Both the position numbers and the translations under genes were made by a program. Below are positions 1 through 14,677 of a stretch of DNA of 64,000 bases, one piece after another (positions within the stretch are counted from its first letter, which is position 1; the number at the start of each line of letters is the position of its first letter). The notes beneath the pieces were generated by a model. It worked only from the letters and a program-made list of their open reading frames with translations, did not search any database and was not told where the DNA came from. The stretch spans positions 55,281,424 through 55,345,423 of the forward strand of contig NC_068993.1 of assembly GCF_001194135.2 (NCBI RefSeq). Reading direction: 5' to 3'. The stretch is from Octopus bimaculoides (lineage: Eukaryota).

Positions 1-37
<37 letters not shown>

Positions 38-2037
38 GTGTGTGTGTGCTCACAACATGGTTTCTATACTTGCATATGAGCACTTAATATGTGAATGCAT
101 ATGCATACATACTCTTACATACTACGTTCATATATTTATGTATGTGCTTAAATGCAAACTATGTAACTCCCTGTGCATCTGTATCGAGATAAGTGCTTTC
201 TCTCTGCATACTTTATGCACATTTTGTTTTGTTTTTGTTTTATGAAAGTTCTTCTATATGAAACCATTACTCATATCCACTCCCCCAACCACTACCACCA
301 CTTATACACGTGCACCCAACAACAAAAAAACATCTGCTTTTCAGTGAAACACGATGTTCATCACACCCCACCACAAACCCCCTCTCACAATAAAACTACT
401 TTATTAACCAACCACTTACCTCACTACAGCAACACACCATTCAATCATTCTATTGATCTTCAAAAAATAATTAAATTAATAATTTTTATTCTGCCACACC
501 TTGAATTCTATCTGGCATAAGAGGAATGTTTTCCTCTCTTTCCTATTAATAGCCAAATTACCATTCTTAGTTACCCACCACAAAACTGGCTCAAAAACCT
601 AATTTATCTATATATATCTCTTCCATGACCAAAAATTTGTCATCTAAGATAATATTCAGTTCCATACGACACAAATGCACATACAAACATACATTAACAA
701 ATACAAACAAATTATAGAACACACACACACACACATTTAAGGAATGCACCTATTCCCTAGTACACCCAACCCAATCATCTCCAAGACAAAACCCACAACC
801 TATTAATAGACTATCTATCTTTTAATCCTTCACCTGTCTAAAGATTGGCCATATGGGACAAAAGCACACATTATTTTGAAACATTGAACCTTCCAATTCC
901 TTTTTAATTTAACTCTCTAGCATTTAAACTGGCCATGTCTATCCCAAATGTTCTGCATATATTTATGTTCAAACTGGCCAGATCTAGCCTCTCACACTTA
1001 CCTTACGTGATGTCATTCTAAAATTTTACTATTACATCATGGAGATATTGAAGCTGCAAGATAATGCATGACTGAAATTAAAAACAAGGCCAGCTCTAGC
1101 CTATCACACCTGTCTTACACAATATCATTCTAAGAAATAAACACACATCATCAAAATCTCAAACCTACAAGACAATGCGTGAATAATTCCAAACAATGTG
1201 GGAAAACAAGCATTACATTTGACAGGGTAATCTGAATGCTTAAGGGTTAAAATTCCTGTTTACTCTAAAGATGTTGATTTCTCTCTTCTTATTAGGTAAC
1301 AGTACATTCTAATTATTTTTTCCATGACATACATACATGTATGTATGTGTGTAGATGCTTTAAATTACCCAAGCCGGTGCCTTGATTGCTGTAGTAGGGT
1401 TTGCATATCCTATGGACCCAAAGTACTATACCAATGAGAATTTTACATCCAACCAGTCCAACCAAGCTGGAAAGGCCTGAAGTGTTGGATCAGATTAAAC
1501 ATGAATTACCATCAGATGCATTGGGAAGCCGTATGACCAAAGAACAGTTCTGAATGAGGAATCAATTAAGCAATGATCAATGGTGAAACTCACAAGATAT
1601 TGGGAGATGTAATCGTATTGATGATATTGACCAGGGTCACCTAGTTCTGAAAGTAAACCACAGCTAGCATCTACAGAACTGATCGTCATAGATGTCATTC
1701 AGTTATAGAAGATTTAGCATGATCTTATCACAACAACAACTACTACTACTACTACTACTACTACTACCTAGACAGTTATACCTACATCATTCATCATGGA
1801 GTCAAACAATGACTGCGTTCTGCTGTGGCGTTCACTGACCACAGTGTTTGAAAAACCCAAAAAATTCAACCTGAGTAAGCTTGACCCAATGATGATGATG
1901 ATAGTTATATAGCTATGTGTGTGCGTGTATGTGAGAGGGAGATGTTAAAAGAACATCCATTGTCCATGCTGGCATCGGTTGGCTGGTTTGACCGGGGCTG
2001 GTAAGTTGGAAGGCTGCACCAGACTCCAGTCAGATTT

Positions 2038-2075
<38 letters not shown>

Positions 2076-2340
2076 TGCACTGACATTCATTTACTAACAC
2101 AACCAAGTGTACTGATAGTTAATGATATAAATGTAAATTTGCATTCATTGAAGAAAAACTGTAGCTTTGAAAGTTAAGTTAGTTCACATTACTCTATGAG
2201 GAACATCGAGCTGGTTTCTTGGTTTCTCTGGCATATATATTCATCCCTGGACAGGACTCAAGTCTGTTGCAGGGTCACTCATTTTTACCAGCTGAGTGGA
2301 TTCGAGCAACATGGAATGATGTGTTTTGCCCAGTCTTAGA

Positions 2341-2970
2341 AACAACATCATGACATAATGGCCAAAAGTACCTCAATGACATTTTTGGGGCAGCTGCTGA
2401 TAGCATGTGTTATATCCTCCACAGAAAAGTGGCATGATTGACATCTTCATTTGCATCACAAGAGCTTAAACATTTCAATGCCTCATTTGTTCATTAGATA
2501 TTTTGTAGCTATTTCCTAATTTCAGATTTCAAAAACATAGTCTTCAAGATGTTGATGTGATGTAATGGTCACAAGTCCAAGAGAGACTACACTTCATAAT
2601 AATATTATCAATCTCCTTAAGTTTAAGGGAAACACCCTTGCATCACTTTTTTGTGGTATGCAGAGTATTACTCTTTGTTGAAGTATGCAAGTCTGGCACT
2701 TCTGGGTTCACTCGGGAGGTCAGTCGGAAGCAAGTGTTTCTTAAGGAGTTTGCTGCCACCCGACAGGATGTTATTCATTTTGTTTTCAAGCACTTGGTTG
2801 AGATATAAAAATTAGTTTTAATAAAAAGTCAACATCTTGTACCAGTAACGAACAATGAGGCTCTGTCCTGGTGCCTTCCCATTATGCTTTGGTGACAGTT
2901 TCAGCATTAATCATGTAGGTTTTTCTGTTGATGTTGGTACACTATTCTTGTTTCATTGTGTCTAGCCATG
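2341..2970 (-). mobile_element. Degraded RLE-type (R4/Dong-like) non-LTR retrotransposon fragment
   Basis: Minus strand: GKAPGQSLIVRYWYKML (pre-RT motif), then YHKKVMQG, IATKYLMNK and a CCHC knuckle CQSCHFSVEDITHAISSCP followed by an HDVV-like motif. Many stops and frameshifts. Confidence 0.6.
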
Positions 2971-4484
2971 TTGAATTCTGATTAAAAATTTTCCTTTTAA
3001 TTCCAGATCTGTACATACAAATGCATGCATATAGATGTATGTATGTATGTATGATCGTACATGTAGATGTATATTTATACACACATGCCCACACTTTTTC
3101 TTAACTGATCGATGAACTGATTGAGTAAACCTATAATAATTACTGGAAACATCTGTAAGTCAAATTTATTGCAATAAAGAAAAATATGTAATGACCATTA
3201 TTTATACCTTGTTGTATATATACACATATGTATGTGTGTGTGTGTGTGTGTAAAGTGCAAGTAGAAGCATAATTCTTGAACTGAGTGGAAAGTTCTTCAG
3301 TGTTGACGTTGTTACCAACAACGGAAAGTGAATGAATCCCATAACATCACGCTCTTTTCGCTGTCTCTAGCAATCTGTCAATCTGAAGACTTCGCCATAA
3401 AAAGTGAAGAATATAACAATGATGACGATGACCACAACGATAACCATGAAATTGATGATGATTAGAATGTATCTGTTGCATCAGATTCTTACTTTGACGT
3501 TTAAATATTTGTTAACCTCTGGCCAGACATATGGTCAGTCGCCTACTATGTAACCCTCCCCCTTTTCTTTCATATTCGTCCTTCCTTGTTTTAAGATGAC
3601 AGGGTATGACGTAAGGTGATTCGGCTGCTCTTTCTAATAAGTCAAGCCATCGAGTGTTTGTGTTGGCGAGACATATTAACGCCACAGTATCTCGTTATTT
3701 CTGTATGTTAAAATGACGAAGAGGAATAAAGAAATCGTCTTTACCATTTAATTCATAATGTGTATGTTTATTAAAGAATATATTTCTAATTGTGTGTATA
3801 AAAATGAGAGCGTGTATGTAAAAGAAATATGTACTAGAGTGTATATTAATGCATAGAGAGATACACATCGTTGAAAGCGTGTGTGTATATATGTGTATGT
3901 ATGTAATTATGTATGAATTATGTATGTAATTATGTAAGTGTATGCATGTAATTATGTACGTGTGTACATATGCAATTATGTATGTATGTGCGTGTGTATG
4001 ATAACCTGTCGCATTTTCCCAGTATTCCCATTATGTAGACATTTTGTATATCAATTATTTATTAAATTAACAAAAAATAAATACATTGCTTTAATATAAT
4101 TAAGGGGGTTGGCGGCGGTTATATATATGAGCTAATCTCATATATGTATGCATAATACATACATATATATATATAATATATATAAATGCTAATCCCCTCC
4201 CATCCCTTATCCTGTAGATATTTGTATATTTGTGTCAATTTAACTAACTGAGTGAGAGAACAAAAAAATTTAAGGAAGAACCCTGTTGCAGTCGATCATT
4301 TCCTTGGGATATTTTTATCATTCACAGAAATAACCAAAACACACGTTCATACATTACTTGAGATTCTAGTGACTCAAGAGTTTAGAGTTTCGTTCCAATA
4401 TATGAAGCCGCACTCTTCCTCAATACGCATACGTACACACACACATATGTATATATACACACACGTAATATGTATGTGTGTGTG

Positions 4485-4520
<36 letters not shown>

Positions 4521-5017
4521 ATATGTAATGTATGTGTGTTTTTAAAAGAAATTGACAGTGTGTGTATGTATGTAAATGGATATTATTTCGAAGATTATGG
4601 ATGGATCGATATATTAAAAATGTATGACTGTACTATAAACATATGTATGTGTATGGAGAAGGATATATTATTAATATCAAATTTTTAATGATCTATCTAT
4701 CTTTCCGTCCACCTATCTATTTAATATATTACACAGTAGATGTCCGCTTATTATACTATTCTACTGCACTAATCAGATTAATAAACCAACCGCCAAGAAG
4801 CGCCATGTTGTGTGTCACTTTCGCTTTTATCTTTGTTTCCAATATTTGCACGCTTACTTCTTTATGTTGCTGCCTGATTCCGTATTTTTTTCCTCTTCTA
4901 TTCTTGCAATGAGCGGTTGGGTGGGTTGATGTCATCGATCCGGTTCTCTGTGGTGCCGCTACTTCCACCACTACGCTGAAGTACACGATATATATATATA
5001 TATATACNNNNNNNNNN

Positions 5018-5056
<39 letters not shown>

Positions 5057-5461
5057 CATTATATATATTATATATATAATGTTATATATATATATATATA
5101 CATATACACTCATGGATATACATGAATATATTATCAGTATATTATATATCGTATGTATCATACACGTTCGGGCGCACGAAGACGCTTTTATGGTTGCTTG
5201 ACATGCTAGATACAGCAGCCAAATTTCCATCAAAGCACATCCTTCTATCAAGGAAAGGAAAAAAAAAAAAGCACATATTTGATCATGTCGTCCAGGATAC
5301 ATAATATCAGGGGGGGGGAACTGGGTCGATATGATTGGAATACATTTGAGATCATTATATCTATTAGCGCAGTCTTGGATTGAAACATACATACATACAC
5401 ACACACACACACATATATATATATATTACCCACATATACTATGTACACACACACATATATG

Positions 5462-5497
<36 letters not shown>

Positions 5498-6205
5498 TTA
5501 TATATCTACACGCACCATACATTATATATCTATACACACAAACGCATATGTTATATATATGATTTTTGATTTGGTAGAAATTAATTAAATCTAGGTTCCT
5601 GCAGAGAGGATTCTGAGACATTTATGCCTTTCCCAGGTATATTTAATTTCAATAACGGAAGTGAATCCACAGAATGCCAAATCTGACTCAAATTCAAACA
5701 TTTCTTTCTAAAATTTCTTTCAAGCCATTTTAAAAAATGTACTTCTCACAACATTCGATTCATAGCAGGGAGTGGGGAAAACGCATGATATACGACATGA
5801 TGTGGCTTTCATGCCTTTCCCAAAGACATTAGTATCATAAAGGATGTTCTGTAGTTCTGAGCGGGAAGCGAAATATTGACGCGCACCGACTCTATCAACA
5901 CCGGCGCCCAACCAGAACAGTTATAATAATATATGAATAAACTGTCATTTTTTTTTTCAAGTCTCTTCCCAACCAAATAAGGAAAACGAATTAAAATTCC
6001 GCTCAATTTGTTTTAAGGTGTGAGGAGTGATGATCATTGAAATAACTATTGTCTGCCGCTTACAGACGGCAGTCACTGCGAATAAGCGCGTGAGTTTCGA
6101 GTAAAACATTAAATTTAAAAGCGTGTGTGTGTGTGAAACGAGTAAAAGATAAAAAAAGAGTATTATGTATGTATGTGTGTGTATGTATGTATGTATGTAT
6201 GTGTA

Positions 6206-6248
<43 letters not shown>

Positions 6249-6266
6249 TATGTATGNNNNNNNNNN

Positions 6267-6315
<49 letters not shown>

Positions 6316-6716
6316 CATAAATTTAAAAAGTTATAATTGCCTTAAAACAAGGGAGAGTTATGGCAATCAGCGGTATGTGTGTGTGGTTTTAAAATACCGG
6401 TTTTTACAGATACCAGTGTATAATAGTCAATCCATACTTTAATTTTAATGTCTATATTTCTTTAAACTTTGTGGTGTGCGACCACACCTAACTTGCATTC
6501 AATATAGACGAAACAGGCCTTTAAAAAAAAAATCATAATGTCATAACGTACTCTCATCTCTCAAGAAGGAAGACAATATAAATGACATATACTGCTCTAC
6601 ATCTAAGAGTGTGCTTCTCCGGATTTATGTTTTCTTCAAACGATTATATATATGTATATATACATATACCTATCTATCTATATGTATATATATACATATA
6701 CCTATCTCTCTGTCTG

Positions 6717-6748
<32 letters not shown>

Positions 6749-8090
6749 CCTACAGCAATCATTCACATTTCCCGCTCATGACTATGACTATCCTAAGCCA
6801 AAAAATAAGGCTAGATTTTTGTAGTTCTTTTAAAAATTACTATTTTCTATTTTAAATTGAAAATAAAATAATAATTTCTTTAAGCCTTAGGTTTTAAAGA
6901 ACAACAAAGGAGACAATATTCATGTGATTCACGACTTTCTCAAAATCGTTAAGGTAACGGGGAAAGGAAGAAATTTGACTGCAGTTCCTGTTACAGTACG
7001 TGTTGACCGAGGGTTAATCAAGCAACTAAAATACCAGTTATATACTGAGGTTTCTTTCATACAACAAAAACACGTCTTTAAAATACACAAAATAAATTTA
7101 GGGAAAGTATTAATGTCGCATAATCTCTTTCTCTATAATAAATGTGTATGACCTTGACTTCGATCAGAAATCACTATTTTTTTTTTCTGTCATCATCATT
7201 ATTAGTATTTATTTTTTATTTATTTTGTCCGTAATTACGTTCAAATTTTGTCGATGTCGACTTTGCCTTTCCTCCTCTCCAGGCCGATAAAATTTAAGTA
7301 CCAGTTGAACAGCGGAGTCAATGTAATCGACTCAGCCCCTCCCCCGAAATGGATGGCCACGTACTAAAATTTAAAACACGTATCATTATTAATTGTTGTC
7401 GTTGTGGTTTATTATATTACTCACGAGAAAATGTATAACTAACTATCACACATTCCCCCCTATTACCGACGTCAGATATCGCCAGATATTATGCCTCCCA
7501 TTTGAAATATGACAGCAAAGTTTCAATTTGCTAGGAAGCACTTCATAGACGTTACAACATTGTAAGTTATCTTCCTTGGATATCTCATTATCATGCTGCT
7601 GACAGAGATAGGGGAAGGGGGAGTAGAGTTTTCTACTGCATTTCATTATTAGCTCTCCTTCCCTTTTCTCTCTCTTTCTCGCTCTCATTTCAAATTCTGT
7701 CACTGCTTTTTTCTTACATCCACCCACCTACCCACGCACGCATATCAGAGTGTATACATACATACATACATACATACGTACATATATATTATACATATTA
7801 CATATGCTGATTATTTTGGCCTAATTTTGCAAAGAAATTCACAATAAAAAAAAAAGTTGGAAACTAGATTTAAATAGGTAACCTTTTATTTGATAACATA
7901 ATTTACACGGCTAAAATACACATGAAATATGTATTTTCCTAGAAACATTAAAAAAAAATATATCACAAGATTATGATTTTTTGCATGTGGATGTGTCAGT
8001 AATTTAGCGAATAAGAACTTAATTGTCCTTAAATTAGACATAAAAATTCGTAATTCGTATTCAGCCAAATGAGGGCTGGAGATTAAACTG

Positions 8091-8499
8091 ATGGGAATTG
8101 GGAAACTGGTTCTATGAGTCCAATGAAGATATTTTTGAATTGGATTGGCTTTGTTCTTCAGGCCACTGCAAGACGGTCTCAGCATGGCCTTTAAACCGAC
8201 CAGTCTGATGTGGAAGTCATGAATTTGAGCTTGAGATCAAATTGGTTTGATAAGTCTATTCTGCCACACTGGCTTGACATGTCTTTGCAGAGGGGTGCAG
8301 TTTTTATATGCTCTTACACATGATTTGCTTATGTCAACCTATGCACAACTGGTTATATATTTTATCAACATTGAAGGTATGAAAAGCAAAGTTGACCTCA
8401 GTAGAATTTGAACTCAGAACACTATAAAGTAAGTAAAAGTCCCTTGGACACTACTGTCTTGAATCCTTGGACTCATAGAACCAGTTTCCCAAATCCCAT
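8091..8499. repeat. 33-bp inverted repeat (one mismatch), 343-nt spacer
   Basis: 8091-8123 atgggaattgggaaactggttctatgagtccaa versus 8467-8499 ttggactcatagaaccagtttcccaaatcccat. Confidence 0.9.
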
Positions 8500-8507
8500 A
8501 GTGTATT

Positions 8508-8880
8508 GTTGGCATCCTTTTGTCTCGGGAGACAATGGAGTTGCGCATAAACTAATCCAGTCTGGTTTTTACATTTCCTGTCCTCTCCAGTTTTGCGCAG
8601 GCCTGGGCTGGATGTAAGAAAATCCTGGGTAGCCCAATCGTCAGGACCCCTCTCTCGACCTTGCTGATGTAGTCCAAAGGAGTGCAGAGCATTACATTTG
8701 GCACCAGCTTGGTTGCAGGAGCTGCTGGAAGAGTGTCGAGTTGAACACTAAACTGCCTACGGGGCTCCACTCTGGATTTCTTTGAAGGTTGTCTCCTTTC
8801 CGTAACCCTGGATAGGGGCCCATACCGGGTACTGTCAGCTGAGCCCGGGACTTGTGTCAGGCAGGGTCGTCACTCCCTGA
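8508..8880 (+). mobile_element. Probable 5' UTR fragment of an RTE/BovB-like LINE
   Basis: Starts gttggcatccttttgtctcgggagacaatgg...tgtcctctccag, matching my recollection of RTE/BovB-type 5' UTRs. GC-richer than flanks, no ORF. Confidence 0.5.
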
Positions 8881-10338
8881 AGTAGTGAAGAAAATCACTA
8901 CCCACTACCTACCCACTACCATAGTGTATAAGTAACCAAAATCACAATATCTCTCCCACCTCAACAGATGCCAGTCCATTGTAGGGTTATTCATTTACAG
9001 TTGAGTACAATGGAGCAACATAAAAAGAAGTGTGTTACTCAAGAACACAATGCAATGCCAGTCAGGGTATTGAAACCACAATCTTGTGATAGAAGAGTGG
9101 AAGAGCTGGTGGAGGGAGGGATAAAAAAGAGAGATAACAATGAGAGGCACATGTTTGCTGATGTGTAAAAACATCAGTAAAAATACCAACAGTATTCTGG
9201 GGCTCACTTTGAAAACCTATCTCATTCATGGTAGCAAAGAAAAACGAATTTGTGCTTGAGTAAGACACAACACTCAAAATGTGGGAGACCTAATACATTG
9301 TCTGGTTTAATACCAGTTTCAAATGTTGGCACAAGGACAGCAACTTTAAGGGAGTAGGTAAGTTGATTACATTGACCTCCAATAATCAATTGGTCCTTAT
9401 TTTATTGACCCTGAAAGGATGAAAGGCAAAGTAGACTGCAGTAGAATTTGAACCCAGAATGTAAAGATGGATGAAATGCCGCTAAGCGTTTTACCCAGCA
9501 TGGTAACAGTTCAACCAGCTTGCTACACTATTTGTCTGGTTTAATATCACCTTGTCCTTTGAGTGACTTTAGAAAGCATTTTGATTAGTTGTCATTTTCC
9601 TCCCTACCTTGTATTTTCCTGGAAGCATTAGCCTACACATCAGTATTACCAGCCTGAGGGGGCCTGCAAAGACCAAGGACACCACCACTCTTTCACCACC
9701 CTTGACTATGCTATTAGAAGCAAAACTTCTCTTCTTAATAAAATCACACCAGCAAAACATTAATATATTACATGCTGTAACTGTATGGCCTCAATCTGTC
9801 TGGTTTTATAATATAACACTATCGCCAAAGGATCAAAGTGATAAGCAATCTCAGAGCTTTATAATACCTTCTTGACAAATTCCTCAAAACAAACTCAGAC
9901 ATTCCCCCACATACAAGGACACATCTCCACCATGACAACCTTCTGTTTGAATGCAACATGGAGTTGACACTCACATACAAAATCATACAATATTTCCCAA
10001 TTAGGTGCTGTGATTTACATGTTTATACTTGACTATACAATGTCTCTAACTACAGGACAACACCTTTATTCAGAATGGAATATATCACAAAAGAAAGTAT
10101 GAGAAACATGTAGAGACTCAAAAATAAAACAATTTTGTTTCCCTTTTATTGGGGAATTTTTTTTATCTAGAAATACTTTCGATCTTCATTTAAATATTTA
10201 CAGTAAGTTATATCTTTCCTAGGCCTTGATAGGCTAAATCATGTTGTATAGAGATAGATATTGTGTGAGATATATATTAACCTGTATGTATTTAAGCAAG
10301 CATTGGTACTTACACACACACACACTCAAATACACACA

Positions 10339-10389
<51 letters not shown>

Positions 10390-10939
10390 AAATAAAAAAA
10401 CTGGCTTTCTGTTGATTAAGATGATGAAGGGTTTCAGTTAATCCAATCAATGGGTCACTTTGCTCATGAAAGTAACATGACATGCATATTCTTAATGTAG
10501 TTCACATGGAGGTTCAGTGTGACACAGAATGTGATGAAGCTGGCCCTTTGAAATACATTTTCTTATTGCTATATAAATTAAGGGTAAAATTTCCTTTTAC
10601 CTGCACCCATTTATTGCACTTGGTAAAAACACTAGTGTAATAGTAATTGGGTATCCTTCCGGCAGTATATTGGATAGATATTATCCCTTAATGGGTTGGA
10701 TTCATAACCCCTAACTTTCTTGGATTCTAATTGGATGAGGACTATTTATTATTACTTCTTATCTGTATATAAAGTATCTTTGCATTGTGTGTAACATTGC
10801 TTATGAGAGTGTGTACATCTGGGTTAGGAAGATAAGAGGCAAAGAAGGTTTGATGGCGACAAATTAGGTGCTAGAGCAGAGCCCAGTGAATGTATAAATA
10901 TAAACTTTTGCTTTTAGAGCCTTCCTTTTTTCTATAACA

Positions 10940-12470
10940 AACAGGTTTTATTGAGCACAGCAAAATGCCAATCATGTCAGTCCTTTGTCATCTCTGTGAG
11001 GCTCAACATCTTGAGATCAGCCTTTGCTATTTCATTTTGATGTCTTCCTCAGTCCCCCTTTCCCACAAATTCCATCCACTTTAAGCAATTAACACTTCTT
11101 TATACAGTTGTCATCATTGTTACACATCACATGACCATATCAGTGCAGCTGCCTCTCTTGCACATTACACCTGATTCCTCTTATGCCCAGTTATTCTCTT
11201 AATACATTTGCACAGTGTCATACAAGCATACTCATGTTGCACATTCATAGGAGCAGACTAGTTTCATTCGTTTCTAATCTTTTCATGTCCTCTACATTCA
11301 GGGTCCATGGCTCACTACCATGTAACATTGCTCTTTATACAGAAGCATTGTAGGACCCATCTTTCACTCAAAGAAAGAGAGAGAGAGAGGGAATTTTTGT
11401 TACCAGCGTAGGTAATAGCTCCTTGAACTTCCACCATCCTATTTCTTATTCTAGCAACTATTACTTTTGGAATATCCTTCTCCACTACAAACTAGGTCAC
11501 CCAGATAAACTATCTACTTCCTCTAGAGAACCTCTTAGACATTTGAGAGAATCTATTTCCCGTGTGCACTTAATGTTTATTGTCATGGCACATTTGCCAC
11601 ATGCAAAGTTTACTTTATCTATTAACCTTCCTGCAATTCCACTATATCTCTTGTGTGTCCATGGCTTCCACTGGGCACACTGTATGAAATTTCTACCAAC
11701 ACTTTTTGCTTCCTACTGAGCAGAGTCATTTTTCTGAAGAGAGTAAAGTTCACTCTGTTTTCTTGCTTACTAGAACTTACACTTTTACTAAGTTAACTTT
11801 AAGGGTCTTTGATTCCAGGTCTTGAATCATCTACACCTGGAATTTTTCTAGTTCTACTACAGACTCCACAATAAAAATGAATAGTTCCCTAGGGCAACTA
11901 ATCTTAGATTCCTTTTTTATGACCTTGAGGTCTATAAGGGTTAGAGGGGACAGGCAACCGAGCTCTGGTAAACTTCTACCTGCACACTAAACTTGCTGCT
12001 GTATCTGTTACTAACTCTCATTATTCTGATAGTGCCCCTGTACATGGCTCTCACAAGCCATCCATTTACTCTTAGCTTCTTCAGAAACCACCAGATTATA
12101 GAGCAAGGGATTTGACAAAAACCAAGTAAAAATTGCTTGCTTTTCACTAAACACTTCTCCCCCTGCCATAGTACTTCTCCTTGATACAAAATTAAACTAC
12201 ATCTCATCTAGATTAATTCTCCTCATAACTGATTGGATTATAACTCTTATAATTCCACAACTTTTTATGACCTGATCCAGCATTTTAGTATCTCTATGAT
12301 TACGACCATCCAAGGCATTTCCTTTACCCTTGCAACTATAAAATTGACTATAATGCTGCTATGCCAGTTGTTGTGTATGACATCTTCCTGTACAACTTGA
12401 TACAGATTGTACATATGATTAGGCCATATCCTACTTCCCCAATTATTTTAAGTATGCCAGTGATAATAAA
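10940..12470 (-). mobile_element. Degraded RTE-clade LINE (RT domain to C-terminus)
   Basis: Minus-strand peptides LKIIGEVGYGL, IPCSIIWWFLKKLRVNGWLVRAMY...VEVYQSSVACPL, and a C-terminal LTEMTKD...WHFAVL. Many stops. Confidence 0.85.
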
Positions 12471-12479
12471 AATCAACTA

Positions 12480-13260
12480 GCTGGTCTGTTCCAGAGAAAT
12501 TTCAGGTTGGGCTCACAAATAGTTTCCTGAAATCCCTGGCCAAGCAGTGCTACAGGGAGTTGGGGGTTGCCAGTTTGAGATAAACTCTACAGAGACAGCG
12601 GTATCATCAGCTGGGCCTATCCAAAATGCATACAGAGAAATGAAGCCATTCTGCATGCACTTTTCTAATCCTCAAGCATTGCTAACTTGTGGAGTTATGT
12701 CAATCAGTTGCCATCTCATGTAGGATGAATCCATCTATCTGCTGAGTCCATTGTGAAGATTGTTCTGCCATCTGCTTTTGGCAGGTTTTTATCTGTCTGG
12801 TGCTTTGATAAAAGAGATTGTGTGATGAACAAAACTGAGAGGGCTAAAGACAAGCTTGTTCTTTTATGGTCAAGCCATCATCAACTTTTTCAAGATGAAG
12901 GTGGAAAGCGAAAAATTCTACTTCCAAGCAAATTTGTTGAAAGGTTGATGAGAATGTTGAGCTTGGTGCAGGTGAACATGGCTGCTCTGAGCATGTAACT
13001 ATCAAATGGAGAAGGACAGCTAGGAGAAAGCATTGCTTGAGTGATCAGAGAGACAGTGGCTTTGAGGGGTTTTCACAAGTGGTCCTTGGTATTGTTCTTT
13101 TCCCCTTTCAGATAAATTTTCTTTGAACATTTTTTCCTTTAATTTTGTTACCCCCCCCTTTTTTTTTTTACATGCTTTTTATGTAATGCCACACTGTATT
13201 GTCCTGCACCATCCTCGTCGTTTCTTTTAACAACCATTGGACTTGATAAAGAAAACATTA
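12480..13260 (+). mobile_element. 3' fragment of a Tx1/L1-clade LINE (C-terminal zinc finger and 3' UTR)
   Basis: LPV*DKLYRD...YPKCIQRNEAILHALF...LWSYVNQL...LSAESIVKIV...LLPSKFVERL, then a pyrimidine-rich 3' UTR ending gataaagaaa. Confidence 0.6.
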
Positions 13261-14080
13261 TTATTAGTATAGCATGTTGGACAAGATGCTTAGTGACGTT
13301 TCATGTAGCTTTATATTCCGAGTCCAAAGGATGTCAACACCAACTTTATCTTTCTGCCTTTCAGTGTGCATAAAGTACCAATCGAGAACTGGGGGTAGTG
13401 TAACTGACTAACACCTTCCCCTCAAAATTTCAGGCCTTGTACCTATAAGTAGAAAGAATTATTATCATTACATTTATGTGTGGAGGTGGTGGATTTATCT
13501 TTTGTGACATTAAAAACTCCTCCTCCACATCATTAAGTAGTTGTAGTAGTAGGAGGAGGAGGAAGAGGAGGAGTACCAACATCTCAGTCATTCTCATGGA
13601 AAGTAAACTCATTTAACCTTTGCCCACTCCTTAATACAATGAGTACAGCAGAGGAATGTCACCTCATTATGAAACAAAAACAAATTTACAGAAGTCTTAT
13701 ACAAATAGAAATATTTTCTAGCTTGTTACATCTCTGAAGTTGTATAGACAAGTTAAAAAGTGAGTTTCAAACAAGACTTTACTTCGCAGAAAATTTTCTT
13801 AATAATATGGACGTAATCTCTAAATTTATACACTTCAGAGCAAATTTCCATTTGTAATCTGTTCAGTGAAGCAATATGCAAGTGTGATATGTACTGAATA
13901 CACACATAAATGCATATACATAGCAAGTGCATACATATACGCACATATAGTAGAAACATATACATATACATTCATACACATATATATATGTGTGTGGGTG
14001 TGTATGTATGTATGTATTTAACACCCTCTCATATCCACAATTGATGCCCCACCCACACTAAGCCGTATATACATATACCA

Positions 14081-14246
14081 GAGGATCAGTCAATTATGAT
14101 TTTATTCAACATATTCCCCTTTCAGAGTCACACGCTTATTGCAGCGGTCCTTCAGTTTTTCTAAGCCTTGTAAAAGAACTTGTAAAGTGGGGCCTCCAGC
14201 CAGGCTTTCCTGATACCCTTAAAGCCAGGAACTTTTCAGCACCTCC
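14081..14246 (-). mobile_element. Non-autonomous mariner remnant
   Basis: Terminus ggtgctgaaaagttcctggcttt. Minus-strand GLEKLKDRCNKRVTLKGEYVE* resembles the mariner transposase C-terminus. Confidence 0.6.
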
Positions 14247-14331
14247 TGATATCTCATACATACATACATACATACATACATACACATATATATATATATA
14301 TATATTTATATATATGTGTATATATTTTATA

Positions 14332-14380
<49 letters not shown>

Positions 14381-14677
14381 CAACTGCAGATTTCTTACAT
14401 ATGTCATGTAGATAAAGTGGTAGAGGGTGTGGTGGATGTTGTTATGCAGTGGTAAAATGTGAATAGTTGTGACACAGGGTGTGGTAAAAACGAACATTTT
14501 AATACACAATGGAGTACTGTGTATTGTATGAAAACAGGGTGTGGTGGACATTATAATATAGTGTTCCTATATAAAAAATAAATTCCCTCAAATGCTCAAA
14601 AATGCTCCCCAAGAAGTATTTCATAGCTTTTGTTACCTAGATGACTTAATTGCAGTGAATGTCTACCCCCCCCCCAC

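Noticed and set aside
5720-6006. Two non-repetitive minus-strand ORFs (63 and 65 aa) in a CpG-retaining region
   Set aside because: No recognisable homology, no convincing splice sites, and lengths expected by chance.
4898-6855. ORFs rich in YIYI/CVCV/HTHT (also many elsewhere)
   Set aside because: Translations of TA, TG and CA microsatellites.
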